Source of the DNA: Candidatus Latescibacterota bacterium
Lineage (GTDB): Bacteria; Latescibacterota; UBA2968; UBA8231
Direction of reading: 5' to 3'
DNA length: 64,000 nucleotides
NCBI GenBank assembly: GCA_965242865.1
Contig: CBDETK010000013.1
Location: forward strand, 2,176,001-2,240,000
The position numbers were made by a program, and so were the translations under genes. Below are positions 48,923-58,810 of the stretch, piece by piece (position 1 is the stretch's first letter; every line of letters starts with the position of its first letter). A model generated the notes under the pieces. That model saw only the letters and a list, made by a program, of their open reading frames with translations, was not told the DNA's origin and ran no database searches.

Positions 48923-49801
48923 ATGTATCGGATTGCGACTCTCGGCGTTTTGCTGCTGGCCCTGCCGGCCCTCGCCCACTACCCCGAAGACACCACCTTC
49001 AAGGTCTTCCAATTTCCCGACGACCGCGTCCCGCAGATGGACGGCAATGCGGCCGACTGGGCCAACGTGCCCGCCGAGTACTTCTACGACTATACCCAAT
49101 ACGCGGAACTGCACCGCGAGCGCGGCGCGCCCGACACCACGGATTTTTACGTGCGCCGCTCGGCCGTCGGCTGGAACAAAACCCACAACCGCCTGTACTT
49201 CATGGCCGAGGTGTATGACGACATCTGGCGGTTCCACAAGGACCGCACCGACTCGCTCGACACCCCCCATAGCCGCCTGACCGGAGCCCACGTCCACGGC
49301 GCAGATATATGGGAGATCGTCATTGACGCCGATCACGGCGGCGATAAGGTCATCCACTTCGCGGACTCAGCAGAAGCGCCCCACGTGGAATTGCGCCACC
49401 GCAGCGCGTACACGCAAAACTACCACCTCTACATCCCGCCGCTCAACGACCACTACTGGCACTGGCTGTGGGGCAAGGCCCTGTGGACCAAGGAGGAACG
49501 CTATTCAGCGGTGGGATGGCAGGGCGCGGTCGAGCACTTGTCCGGGGGGACCGTGATCTACGAATGCTATCTAACGCCCTTTGACGACCTGCACCCGGAA
49601 GGACCGCACCTGAGCCGCCGCCACGCGCTGCAAGAAGGCGCGATCATCGGCCTCGGCTGGGCCTTTCTCGACGCGGACAGCAAAGAAGACGACTTCGATG
49701 GCTTTTGGGCGCTGACGCAACACCCGAAAATGTATTGCAGCGGAGAATTTATCGGCGACTTTGAGTTGATGCCGCTCGAGGAAGGGGTGTTTGGAGAATA
49801 A
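48923..49801 (+). CDS. Secreted CBM9/DOMON-like protein
   Basis: Signal peptide; PQMDGNAADW, VGWN...RLYF, EIVIDADH; paralog of 58811-59779. Confidence 0.65.
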   Translation: MYRIATLGVLLLALPALAHYPEDTTFKVFQFPDDRVPQMDGNAADWANVPAEYFYDYTQYAELHRERGAPDTTDFYVRRSAVGWNKTHNRLYFMAEVYDDIWRFHKDRTDSLDTPHSRLTGAHVHGADIWEIVIDADHGGDKVIHFADSAEAPHVELRHRSAYTQNYHLYIPPLNDHYWHWLWGKALWTKEERYSAVGWQGAVEHLSGGTVIYECYLTPFDDLHPEGPHLSRRHALQEGAIIGLGWAFLDADSKEDDFDGFWALTQHPKMYCSGEFIGDFELMPLEEGVFGE

Positions 49802-49924
49802 GGGCTCTTACTACACGACACCTGCCTCCCGCCGGCCAAGGATCGAGGGCGGATGCAGCGGGAACAGCAGAAGAGGCGTCCGCAAAGTAAGGGCGGCGTA
49901 CTGAGCTATAATTTTCGCCCGCGC

Positions 49925-52504
49925 TCAGTACGCCACCGCGACCGTCCTGAGAACATAAGCGTCTTTGACCTGCGCTCCCTCGATGTCGGTATCCACGCTC
50001 AGTTGCACCACATACAGCCCCGGCGGCACCATGCGCCCGCTGGCGTCGCGGCCATCCCACTCGATCGCATAGGGGCCGGTGCTAAAGGGGCGCGCTTGCG
50101 CCAGACGCCGCAGTAGGCGGCCTCCCAAATCGTAGATCGCCGCGGCCACCGGGCTATCGTCGCCGACCCGCACGACGTTGAAGGCAAAGACCGTGCGGTC
50201 GTTGACCCCATCGCCGTTGGGCGAAAAGGCCGCCGGCCGCACGGCCACATCCATGAGCAGGGCGTTTTGCTCGACCGCGGCGACAATCGTCGTGGTGTTG
50301 CCGACGACCTGCGGTAGGGCCTCCCCGGGATCGATCCGCTGCCAAGCACCGCTGTCTGCGCCGCTATCGCTGTTGCGCAGGGCGGCCTGCAACACCGCGC
50401 CGGTGACGAAAAGGGCCGTCTCAAAATCCAGCCTCAGCACTTCGGTCGAGCCATTGGGCTGTATCGCGTCAAAGCGCACGTGCAGGGAGTCGCGGCCCGT
50501 AGGCAGGACTTCGACCCCGGGCAGCGCGTCCGGGCCGGTCTCGCCGTTGAAATCCGCCGCTCGACCGCCGTACAGGCCCGCCATATTTAGCTCCATGTTC
50601 GACGGCGCGAACAACAACAACTCGTCAAACCCCGAATCGCTGCGGTCAAACTCCGGCCGCACGTACAGGGAAAACGGCCGTTGAACCCCGAGTTCTTCGA
50701 CCTCAGACGGGCCGATCTCGCCCAACAGCCGCTGGGCCACGGGATTGGCAAAGTTGAGATGGACCGAGCGCAGCGTGGGGCTGACGGCCGGGTCTTCCGA
50801 CAGCAAGGTCGCCTGCACGGTCAGGAACTCCCGCGGCGACGGCGAGGAAATCGGGCTGCCCGCTAAGTTCTCGTAGGGCGCGCTCCAATTGCCCCAATCG
50901 CTGCCGGGCACTTGCTCGGCGACGATGTCGCCCCGGAACAGGGACAGCAGCTTGTTGTACTCGCTCTCGGTCACTTCGGTGCCGTCTTTTTTGAAATAGT
51001 GCAGGATCTCGCCCAATTCACTGCCCGTGCGCGTCTGAACCAACACTTGGGTCCCGGGGGGAGTGTCCGCATCCCACTCAATCGACAGCAAGTTGCGGCT
51101 GCCGCCCAAGCGAATTAGGTCGGACCGCAGCGAAACCTCCGGTTGGAAGCCAGCGCCGTAGAATTGCAGCTCGGCTATATCGGCGGTGCGGGCGCCAATG
51201 GCGTTTAAGGTCCACTGAAAGCGACCAAACCGCGCCTTGATCGGCTCGAACTCCTCGCCTTCAAACCGCGAGGTGGGGCGCGCCCCTAGCGACGCCTTAG
51301 TGGTCCACTGGAGGCTGCCGTCCGGCGCGAGGGTGCCGTCGGAAAAATCCATTCGGTAGCTGGGGAACAAGCCGCCGTTGTAAATCAGGCGGAAGGTATC
51401 GACCCAATAAAAGGAACCCAAGTCGAAAACCAGCTCCAGCTCGGGATCCGCCACGGCCGAGGAGACTCCGTAAAAGATGCGATTGAAGGTCGCCAAGTCG
51501 CCATCGACGAACTTGGTCAGGGCCAGCGGCTGCTTGGCATTGGTGGAGATGACGCCGCCGCGCGCGAGGATGCCGGCCGTGAGCTCATCCCCTTCGTTCC
51601 ACACCTCCAACTCGGCCAAGCGGGGCAATTCGCGGCGAAAGTAGCGGACGCTGCCCCGGCGATCCGCGTCCAAGATGTCGTACAGGTCTTGGTCAACGGG
51701 CACTTCGCGGCCATCGGGCTGGCGCTTGAAGTACTGGATCGCCCCGCGCATCTCTTCGCTGAGAGCGTCGTATTCGTCGGCCGAGACTTCTGTGCCGAGC
51801 ATCCCGTCAGTATCCGTGACTAAAATTTGCACAAAGCGCACGGCCGCAGCTTGGACGTTGGGCTGTTCGTTGGTCAGATCGACCGTAAAGACCCGCTGGC
51901 TCTTGTTTTTGCTCAAGGTCCGCAACACGGTCTTAAAGGCCGGGTTTTCGCTGTTTTGCAGGCGCGCCGGCTTGAGGCCATCGGAGATGAGCACCTCAAA
52001 GAGGAGAAAGGGATCGCCCATGCCCTCCTCGACAAAGCGCACCACCAGTTCCTTGGCAAAAACCACGCGGCCCAAGTCGATCACAAACCACCACTGGGAA
52101 GCCAAGTCTCGGTCGCCGGCTGGCGGATCGGGTTGCCAATAGGTGGAGAGGTCGCCGTCGAGCAGCTTGACCACATCGGCGACATTGGAGCCGCCCTTGA
52201 CCGCATCGGCGAGGACGATTTCGGCCGGCTCTTTGTCGCCGAGGGACGCCGGCGGGTTAAAGCGCAGGTAATCGACAATGTCGAACACGGCGTTGGTATT
52301 TTTTGCAATGCGCCGAGCGCGCACGGCGCCGTCTGGAGAAATGGTCAAGGTCCCTGGGGCAAATTCCCAGTTTTGCCAATGGTTGCGACCATTGATTACG
52401 ACCTGATTGCCGCTAACTCGGTGGCCGGCCTGCTGGGCATCCACGGCGGCCCCGGCCAATGAGACCGCCAGCCCAATGCAAAAAGCGCGTCCTAAGATAG
52501 TCAT
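49925..52504 (-). CDS. Secreted protein with discoidin-like domains and C-terminal FlgD-Ig/CHU_C-like domain
   Basis: Signal peptide; DGDLSTYW...IDLG occurs twice; FSPNGDGVND...IYDLGGR...WDGRD...PPGLY. Confidence 0.8.
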   Translation of the reverse strand: MTILGRAFCIGLAVSLAGAAVDAQQAGHRVSGNQVVINGRNHWQNWEFAPGTLTISPDGAVRARRIAKNTNAVFDIVDYLRFNPPASLGDKEPAEIVLADAVKGGSNVADVVKLLDGDLSTYWQPDPPAGDRDLASQWWFVIDLGRVVFAKELVVRFVEEGMGDPFLLFEVLISDGLKPARLQNSENPAFKTVLRTLSKNKSQRVFTVDLTNEQPNVQAAAVRFVQILVTDTDGMLGTEVSADEYDALSEEMRGAIQYFKRQPDGREVPVDQDLYDILDADRRGSVRYFRRELPRLAELEVWNEGDELTAGILARGGVISTNAKQPLALTKFVDGDLATFNRIFYGVSSAVADPELELVFDLGSFYWVDTFRLIYNGGLFPSYRMDFSDGTLAPDGSLQWTTKASLGARPTSRFEGEEFEPIKARFGRFQWTLNAIGARTADIAELQFYGAGFQPEVSLRSDLIRLGGSRNLLSIEWDADTPPGTQVLVQTRTGSELGEILHYFKKDGTEVTESEYNKLLSLFRGDIVAEQVPGSDWGNWSAPYENLAGSPISSPSPREFLTVQATLLSEDPAVSPTLRSVHLNFANPVAQRLLGEIGPSEVEELGVQRPFSLYVRPEFDRSDSGFDELLLFAPSNMELNMAGLYGGRAADFNGETGPDALPGVEVLPTGRDSLHVRFDAIQPNGSTEVLRLDFETALFVTGAVLQAALRNSDSGADSGAWQRIDPGEALPQVVGNTTTIVAAVEQNALLMDVAVRPAAFSPNGDGVNDRTVFAFNVVRVGDDSPVAAAIYDLGGRLLRRLAQARPFSTGPYAIEWDGRDASGRMVPPGLYVVQLSVDTDIEGAQVKDAYVLRTVAVAY

Positions 52505-52528
52505 AGCATTTCGTTTCCCGTTGTTCTT

Positions 52529-52739
52529 AGAGGCGGTCTGAAAATCCCCCTTGGGTCGTGTTGAACAAGCCGTAACCGTAGGGGGCCGGCCCCCGTGCCG
52601 GCCCCCGTGCCGGCCCCCGTCATTCCCGTGCCAGCCCCCGTCATTCCCGTGCCAGCCCCCGTCATTCCCGTGAAAACGGGAATCCAGCCGGGACCGTTTG
52701 GACGCAAGGAACGACCACCAGAGTTTGCAGACCGCTTCT
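52529..52739. mobile_element. MITE family A, inverted copy with expanded internal repeats
   Basis: Ends agaggcggtctgaaaa / tttgcagaccgcttct; the reverse complement matches 48649-48783 (ctctggtggtcgt, ccggctggattcccg, acggcttgttcaacac). Confidence 0.8.
52585..52672. repeat. Short tandem repeats: 3 x 12 bp then about 2.8 x 21 bp
   Basis: gccggcccccgt x3 (52585-52620); cccccgtcattcccgtgccag at 52614, 52635 and partial at 52656. Confidence 0.9.
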
Positions 52740-52740
52740 A

Positions 52741-52845
52741 AGAGCGTTCTTAAAGTTAGGGTTTCAGTTTCTGATTCGGCTTGGTCCTTTTCTGGATTCC
52801 CGCCCCGTGTCGGAGCACGGGGTGACGTTCTTTCGCGGGAATGAC
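52741..52845. mobile_element. Partial inverted copy of MITE family B
   Basis: agagcgttcttaaagttagggtttcagtttctgattcggcttggt...gcgggaatgac matches the reverse complement of 43956-44034, with a hairpin inserted in the REP loop. Confidence 0.75.
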
Positions 52846-52925
52846 CAGAGTCGTCAAGGGCGGGTCGCTGGGGTCGCGTAGTAAGCGTTCAGGGTACGGA
52901 AATTGTGCATCGTCCGCCATTCTTT

Positions 52926-54170
52926 TCAATATACTAGGGCGGCCACGGCCTGCCGCTGAGTGGTTCCCTGATCGGTCTCGACGCGCAAGCCGACCACGTA
53001 CAACCCCGGCGGCACCAACGCGCCCTGCTCGTCCCGACCATCCCACACCCCCACATACCGACCGCGACCCAACCAAGACGACGCTACCACCCCCACCTGA
53101 CGACCCGACACGTCATACACCCAACAGGCCACCGACGACACCTCCGAAACGTTCAGCACATCGCAGCCGATTTCCACCGCATCGTTGACCCCGTCGCCGT
53201 TGGGACTAAACACTCCCGGCACCACCGACAATGCTCCCAATGGACCCGTGCCTAACCCCGTCAAATCCACCCGCAGCCGCTCGCTTGAAGGCGTCCCATC
53301 GGCATCGCCGACCGCCAACGCCTGCGGCACCTCGTGAGGATGGGCGCTGTTGAAGATGCGCCCGCTGAACACCGTGCCAAACTGGAACACCGACGCATGG
53401 AAATCCACTTCGAGGACCTCGTCGGTGCGCTGGGCATCCATCGGGGGCACGGCCAGCACCACGCCCGTGTCATCGCGCTGGAGGACCTCAAAGGGCACCG
53501 GCTGCCCGGACAGGCGCACCGCATCCACCTGCTGCACCCGCGCCGGCGTGTCGATAGCCAACCGATCAAAGCCCAAGTCGCCGCTGGCCATGGACGCCTT
53601 GACCTTATAAGTGAACGCGGCCACCGCGCCCGGCGCTACAGCCGAGGGCACGATCTCGGCGATGGCTTGGTGTGCCACCGGCGGGATCGACACGGCCAGC
53701 ATCAGCCAGTCGAGCCGCCCGCTGGCGCGCTGCTCGGAGGTGAAGTCCGCACGCACCTGCACGAACTGGCGCGGACCCGCCCCGGCGATGGCTCCCTCGC
53801 TGGCAGTAAACTCTTCGGCCGTGTTCCAGAACGCCCAATTCTCCGTGTCGTGGGTGATGCCGGCCTGCGCTCCTCGCGCCAGCTTGTTGTAGGACGCCAA
53901 GGTCAAGGGACGCCCCCGCTCGTCAAAGCGGGTGCGCTCGCCGCCGCGAAAGGTGTAGCGCCAGTACGTGTTGGGATCGGCGTCGTGGCCGCTGCGCGTG
54001 CTCAACGCGAGGAGGGCGCCGTCGTCCTGCTGGCCTGCCCACGTCAAGCGGCCGAGGCTGGCGGGCGCACCCAAGTCGATCACATTCGACACATAGCGGG
54101 CAAACGGCGCAAAGCCGCGCCCGTAAATCTCCAACTCCGCGATCTCCCAAATGTTGCGCGTGTTCTCCTT
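52926..54170. repeat. About 1.25-kb near-identical direct repeat, copy 1
   Basis: Aligns with 56775-58019 at an offset of 3849 bp with only scattered substitutions. Confidence 0.92.
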
Positions 54171-54851
54171 GGCGTAAAACAAAACGTAGCGGATGGGCTG
54201 CTGCGGGAATTTCAGGTCGATGACGGGCTGGGTATTTTCCACCACGTCATGCACGATGTCAAAATCAAAATAAAATCCCGCGGCCCCCAAATTCACTTCC
54301 CGCGTCCCATCCTTGAGGGGATTGCCGTCGTTGATGCCGATTCTGAACTGCTGCACAAAGCGATCGGTGCGGTGCTGGTCGCGGGGAAAAAAGCGGATGC
54401 GGTCGAGGAGCAGCGGCGCGCCCAAGTCAAACGTCAGGGCCTTGATATAGGGCCAATGCGCGGCAAAACGGCCGTCGCCGAGAAAGGCGGTCTTTAAGTC
54501 GCCGTCAAACATCAACGCATCGGTCGCCGTGTGGGACAGCCAGCCATTCCAAGCGAACCGGAGCACTTCGCCCCCGCGGGCCTCAATCAGCGGGGTCAGG
54601 TTGGTGTCCGGGCTGAACGACTGCGGGCGCATCGAATCTGGGCCGAGCTGCATTAGGGTTGCACGACCGTGTTGGGCCGCGTCAATTTCGCTCCAGCCGA
54701 TTTGCACGAATTCGTAGGGAATGTCCAGTGCTGGCCGCGGCAGGCTCTCCCCGCCGAGCCGATAGATCGTCAGCCCGCTCGCCGGCGGCACGTGGAGTAG
54801 GGACGCGGCGAAAACCAGCGAGCCGGCCCAGTGTTTTGTCGGACAAAACAA
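52926..54851 (-). CDS. Secreted discoidin-like/FlgD-Ig paralog
   Basis: LTIYRLGGE, MFDGD, FDLG...RIRFFPR, WEIAELEIYG, FSPNGDGVND. TTG start is inferred. Confidence 0.78.
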   Translation of the reverse strand: MFCPTKHWAGSLVFAASLLHVPPASGLTIYRLGGESLPRPALDIPYEFVQIGWSEIDAAQHGRATLMQLGPDSMRPQSFSPDTNLTPLIEARGGEVLRFAWNGWLSHTATDALMFDGDLKTAFLGDGRFAAHWPYIKALTFDLGAPLLLDRIRFFPRDQHRTDRFVQQFRIGINDGNPLKDGTREVNLGAAGFYFDFDIVHDVVENTQPVIDLKFPQQPIRYVLFYAKENTRNIWEIAELEIYGRGFAPFARYVSNVIDLGAPASLGRLTWAGQQDDGALLALSTRSGHDADPNTYWRYTFRGGERTRFDERGRPLTLASYNKLARGAQAGITHDTENWAFWNTAEEFTASEGAIAGAGPRQFVQVRADFTSEQRASGRLDWLMLAVSIPPVAHQAIAEIVPSAVAPGAVAAFTYKVKASMASGDLGFDRLAIDTPARVQQVDAVRLSGQPVPFEVLQRDDTGVVLAVPPMDAQRTDEVLEVDFHASVFQFGTVFSGRIFNSAHPHEVPQALAVGDADGTPSSERLRVDLTGLGTGPLGALSVVPGVFSPNGDGVNDAVEIGCDVLNVSEVSSVACWVYDVSGRQVGVVASSWLGRGRYVGVWDGRDEQGALVPPGLYVVGLRVETDQGTTQRQAVAALVY

Positions 54852-54861
54852 TGTAGCGCGC

Positions 54862-56763
54862 TTAGTACGCGAGCGAGATGACGGCTTGCCGCGAGGCTGG
54901 CCCCTTGTCGGTCTCGACGCGCACGCGCAGAATGTACAACCCCGGCGGCACCAGCTCGCCGCGCTCATCCCGCCCGTCCCACTCTCCTGCGTACCGGCCG
55001 CTGGACGTCCAATCCGACCCCACCACGCTCAATAACCGGCCCGACAAATCGTACACCGCGGACTCCACCTGCACCGGCCCCACCAAGTTTAGCACGTTGC
55101 ACTCAATGCGCACCGCGTCGTTGATGCCGTCGCCGTTGGGGCTGAACGCCGATGGCCGCAGCACTAAGTCGCCGATGGTCTGCGCCCCCAAGCGGGTCAA
55201 CCCCACGCTCAACCCGTTGCTCTCGGAGCGCACATCTATATCCCCAGCCTCTAGGCTTTGCGGCACTTCTTGCGGCTGCTCGCTGTTGGAAATCCGGCCG
55301 GAAAACACCGTGCCGAACTTAAAGATCGCGGCCTGAAAATCCACCTCGATGAGCTCCTCGGTGCGCTGTGCGTCGATCTTCGGCAACTGCATTGCAAAGC
55401 CGGTCTCGTCTAGCCGCACCACTTCAAAGGCCACGGGCTCGCCCGAAATTCGCACCGCATCCACGCTCTGGGCTTGGACCGGCGTGTCAATGTCGAGCCG
55501 GTCAAAGCCCAAATCGCCGCTGGCCAAGGCCGCCCGCAGCTTGTAGGTGAAGGCCGTAACCTCCCCCGGCGGCACGGCCGCGGGCGTTATTTCGGCGATG
55601 GCTTGTTGCGCCACCGGCGGGATCGACACGGCAAACTGCACCCAATCCAACTGCCCACTGGTCTCTCGGCTCGAGGAGAAGTCCGCACGCACCTGCACGT
55701 AGCGTTGGGGGCCATCCCCGATCAACGCCCCCTGCCCGGCTGCGAAGTCGTACCCCCCCCAAAACGCCCAATTCTCGGTGTCGTGGGTGATGCCGGCCTG
55801 CTCGCCGCGGGCCAGCTTATTGTACGATGCCAGCGTCAGCGGGCGGCCTTGGGCGTCAAAGCGGGTGCGCTCGCCGCCGCGAAAGGTGGTGCGCCAATAG
55901 ATATTCGGGTCCGCGTCCAGCCCGCTGCGCATGCTTAGGGCCACGTTGGCCTCCTCGCTCTCGCGTCCGGCCCACGTCAGCTCTCCCAAGCTGGCCAAGG
56001 CTCCTAAGTCGATCACATTGGACACGTAGCCGGCAAACGGGGCAAAGCCATTGCCGTAGATTTCCAACTCGGCGATCTCCCAGATACCGCGCGTGTTTTC
56101 CGCGGCCGAGAAGAGCAAGCGCCGCACGGGTTCGGCTGGCAGGGGCAAGTCGATGACGGCTTCGGTGTTTTCGGTTATGTCGTAGATGATGTCGAAGTCC
56201 AACTCGCTGTTTCGCCGCCCAATGAGGAACTCGCGGGAGCCGTCCTTGAGGGGATCGCCGTCGTTGATGCCGATCTTGAAGGTCTCTACAAAGCGGTCCG
56301 TCAGGTGTTTGGTGCGCGGGAAAAAGCGAATCCGCTCCAACAGGAGGGGCGCGCCAAAATCAAAGGCGAGGTACTTCTCCGGCGGCCCGTGCGAGGCAAA
56401 GTGCCCGTCGCCGAGGTAAATGGTGCTCGGGTCTTGGTCGAACATGAAGAGATCGTCGGCCTGCGGCGGCCCCCAGCCAATCCACACCAAGTTCAGCACT
56501 TGGCCGCCTTGCTCTTCGATGATCGGCACTAAATTGACCGACGAATCAAACCGTTGGGGGCGCGTAAAATCGGGATCAAACTCCAGCAACTCCGCGCGGC
56601 CGTGCTGCGCCGCGTCGAGATCGCTCCAACTGATTTGCACGAATTCGTCCGCTCGCTCTGGGGGCGGCAGGCTCTCGCCGCCGATTCGATAGATCGTCAG
56701 CCCAAGCGCCGGACCGACCGCGCCGCTCCACAGGACCGCCCATAGACACGCGATCAAACGCAT
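54862..56763 (-). CDS. Secreted discoidin-like/FlgD-Ig paralog
   Basis: Signal peptide MRLIACLWAVL; same motif series; FSPNGDGIND. Confidence 0.8.
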   Translation of the reverse strand: MRLIACLWAVLWSGAVGPALGLTIYRIGGESLPPPERADEFVQISWSDLDAAQHGRAELLEFDPDFTRPQRFDSSVNLVPIIEEQGGQVLNLVWIGWGPPQADDLFMFDQDPSTIYLGDGHFASHGPPEKYLAFDFGAPLLLERIRFFPRTKHLTDRFVETFKIGINDGDPLKDGSREFLIGRRNSELDFDIIYDITENTEAVIDLPLPAEPVRRLLFSAAENTRGIWEIAELEIYGNGFAPFAGYVSNVIDLGALASLGELTWAGRESEEANVALSMRSGLDADPNIYWRTTFRGGERTRFDAQGRPLTLASYNKLARGEQAGITHDTENWAFWGGYDFAAGQGALIGDGPQRYVQVRADFSSSRETSGQLDWVQFAVSIPPVAQQAIAEITPAAVPPGEVTAFTYKLRAALASGDLGFDRLDIDTPVQAQSVDAVRISGEPVAFEVVRLDETGFAMQLPKIDAQRTEELIEVDFQAAIFKFGTVFSGRISNSEQPQEVPQSLEAGDIDVRSESNGLSVGLTRLGAQTIGDLVLRPSAFSPNGDGINDAVRIECNVLNLVGPVQVESAVYDLSGRLLSVVGSDWTSSGRYAGEWDGRDERGELVPPGLYILRVRVETDKGPASRQAVISLAY

Positions 56764-56774
56764 ACTCGGCTCCT

Positions 56775-58019
56775 TCAATATACTAGGGCGGCCACGGCCT
56801 GCCGCTGAGTGGTTCCCTGATCGGTCTCGACGCGCAAGCCGACCACGTACAACCCCGGCGGCACCAACGCGCCCTGCTCGTCCCGACCATCCCACACCCC
56901 CACGTACCGACCGCGCCCCAACCAAGACGACGCTACCGCCCCCACCCGACGACCCGACACGTCATACACCCAACAGGCCACCGACGACACCTCCGAAACA
57001 TTTAGCACGTCGCAGCCGATCTCCACCGCATCGTTGACCCCGTCGCCGTTGGGACTAAACACTCCCGGCACCACCGACAATGCTCCCAATGGACCCGTGC
57101 CCAACCCCGTCAAATCCACCCTAAGCCGCTCGCTCGAAGGCGTCCCATCGGCATCGCCGACCGCCAACGCCTGCGGCACCTCGTGAGGGTGTGCGCTGTT
57201 GAAGATGCGCCCGCTAAACACCGTGCCAAACTGGAACACCGACGCATGAAAATCCACTTCGAGGACCTCGTCGGTGCGCTGGGCGTCCATCGGGGGCACG
57301 GCCAGCACCACGCCGGCCGCGTCGCGCTGGAGGACCTCAAAGGGCACGGGCTGCCCGGACAGGCGCACCGCATCCACCTGCTGCACCCGCGCCGGCGTGT
57401 CAATGGCCAGCCGGTCAAAGCCCAAGTCGCCGCTGGCCATGGACGCCTTAACCTTGTAAGTGAACGCGGCAGCCGCGCCCGGCGCCACGGCCGAGGGCAC
57501 GATCTCGGCGACGGCTTGGTGCGCCACCGGCGGGATCGACACCGCCAGCATCAGCCAATCGAGCCGCCCGCTGGCGCGCTGCTCGGAGGTGAAGTCCGCA
57601 CGCACCTGCACGAACTGGCGCGGACCGGCCCCGGCGATGGCCCCCTCGCTCGCGGCAAACTCCTCGGCCGTGCTCCAGAACGTCCACGCGGCCGTGTCGT
57701 GGGTAATGCCGGCCTGCGCTCCCCGCGCCAGCTTGTTGTAGGACGCCAAGGTCAAGGGACGCCCTCGCTCGTCGAAGCGGGTGCGCTCGCCGCCGCGAAA
57801 GGTGTAGCGCCAGTACGTGTTGGGATCGGCGTCGTGGCCGCTGCGCGTGCTCAACGCGAGGAGGGCGCCGTCGTCCTGCTGACCTGCCCACGTCAAGCGG
57901 CCGAGGCTGGCGGGCGCACCCAAGTCGATCACATTGGACACATAGCGGGCAAACGGCGCAAAGCCCCGCCCGTAAATTTCCAACTCCGCGATCTCCCAAA
58001 TGCCGCGCGTGTTTTCGGG
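56775..58019. repeat. About 1.25-kb near-identical direct repeat, copy 2
   Basis: Aligns with 52926-54170 at an offset of 3849 bp. Confidence 0.92.
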
Positions 58020-58700
58020 GGCTTCAAATAGCAACTGCTGCACCGGCACGGCTGGCAAGGGCATATCAATGACGGACTCGACGTTCTCAACGACATCGTA
58101 CGAAAGGTCAAAGTCAAAGAAGCTCCCCCGGATGCCCTGCGTAAATTCCCGAGTGCCCTTCTTGAGCGGGTCGCCGTCACTGATGCCGACGATGAAGCGC
58201 TGCACAAAGCGGTCGGCCAAAAATCGCTCGCGGGGGAAGAAGCGAATGCGCTCGAGGAAAAAGCGGCCGCCAAAGTCGAAAATCAGGGATTTTTGGCGGA
58301 TGACGCCGTAATCGCCGCCCCAATCGCCATCGCCCAACAGCGCGGTCGTGGCGTCGCCATCGAACATGGCCAAGTCGTTGCCGCTAGCCGGCCCCCAGCC
58401 GATCCAACTCAGGGACAGCACTTGGCCGCCGCGTTCTTCGAGCATTGGCACCAGATTGACCGTCGGATCCAAGTGCAGCGGCTCGACAAAGCCAGTATCT
58501 ATTGTTACGAGTTCGGCCAAGCCGTGCCTTTTGGGGTCCACCTCGGCCCATGCCAACTGCACAAATTCGTAGGGGACCTCCAAGTCGGGCGGCGGCAGGT
58601 CCGCCCCGCCGAGGCGAATTACGGTCAGGGCGGCAACCCAAGTTGGCCCGCCCCAAAAACACCATCCCAATGCGAGGAGAATTCCAATGCGTCGTGGCAT
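56775..58700 (-). CDS. Secreted discoidin-like/FlgD-Ig paralog
   Basis: Signal peptide MPRRIGILLAL; same motif series. Confidence 0.8.
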   Translation of the reverse strand: MPRRIGILLALGWCFWGGPTWVAALTVIRLGGADLPPPDLEVPYEFVQLAWAEVDPKRHGLAELVTIDTGFVEPLHLDPTVNLVPMLEERGGQVLSLSWIGWGPASGNDLAMFDGDATTALLGDGDWGGDYGVIRQKSLIFDFGGRFFLERIRFFPRERFLADRFVQRFIVGISDGDPLKKGTREFTQGIRGSFFDFDLSYDVVENVESVIDMPLPAVPVQQLLFEAPENTRGIWEIAELEIYGRGFAPFARYVSNVIDLGAPASLGRLTWAGQQDDGALLALSTRSGHDADPNTYWRYTFRGGERTRFDERGRPLTLASYNKLARGAQAGITHDTAAWTFWSTAEEFAASEGAIAGAGPRQFVQVRADFTSEQRASGRLDWLMLAVSIPPVAHQAVAEIVPSAVAPGAAAAFTYKVKASMASGDLGFDRLAIDTPARVQQVDAVRLSGQPVPFEVLQRDAAGVVLAVPPMDAQRTDEVLEVDFHASVFQFGTVFSGRIFNSAHPHEVPQALAVGDADGTPSSERLRVDLTGLGTGPLGALSVVPGVFSPNGDGVNDAVEIGCDVLNVSEVSSVACWVYDVSGRRVGAVASSWLGRGRYVGVWDGRDEQGALVPPGLYVVGLRVETDQGTTQRQAVAALVY

Positions 58701-58740
58701 AACGGCCTTGTGATTGGACTGAGGGGACAAAACGTATAGC

Positions 58741-58778
58741 AAAAAAGGACGGGCAGATCAACGAAGACCTACCCGTCC
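58741..58778 (-). terminator. Rho-independent terminator after the 58811-59779 gene
   Basis: Minus-strand RNA GGACGGGUAGGUC-UUCGUU-GAUCUGCCCGUCC-UUUUUU. Confidence 0.8.
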
Positions 58779-58810
58779 CAACTACGGATTTGCTGCTTTA
58801 AGCGGGTGGC

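Noticed and set aside
52585-52690. Possible CRISPR array
   Set aside because: Units are head-to-tail 12- and 21-bp repeats with no unique spacers and no cas genes; they lie inside a MITE.
52501-53188. Small ORFs such as the GTGMTGA-repeat peptide
   Set aside because: These are translations of MITE/REP repeats or alternative frames of real genes.
52926-58019. Diversity-generating retroelement TR/VR pair
   Set aside because: The repeat is about 1.25 kb, both copies are coding, differences are not confined to adenines, and no reverse transcriptase is in the window.
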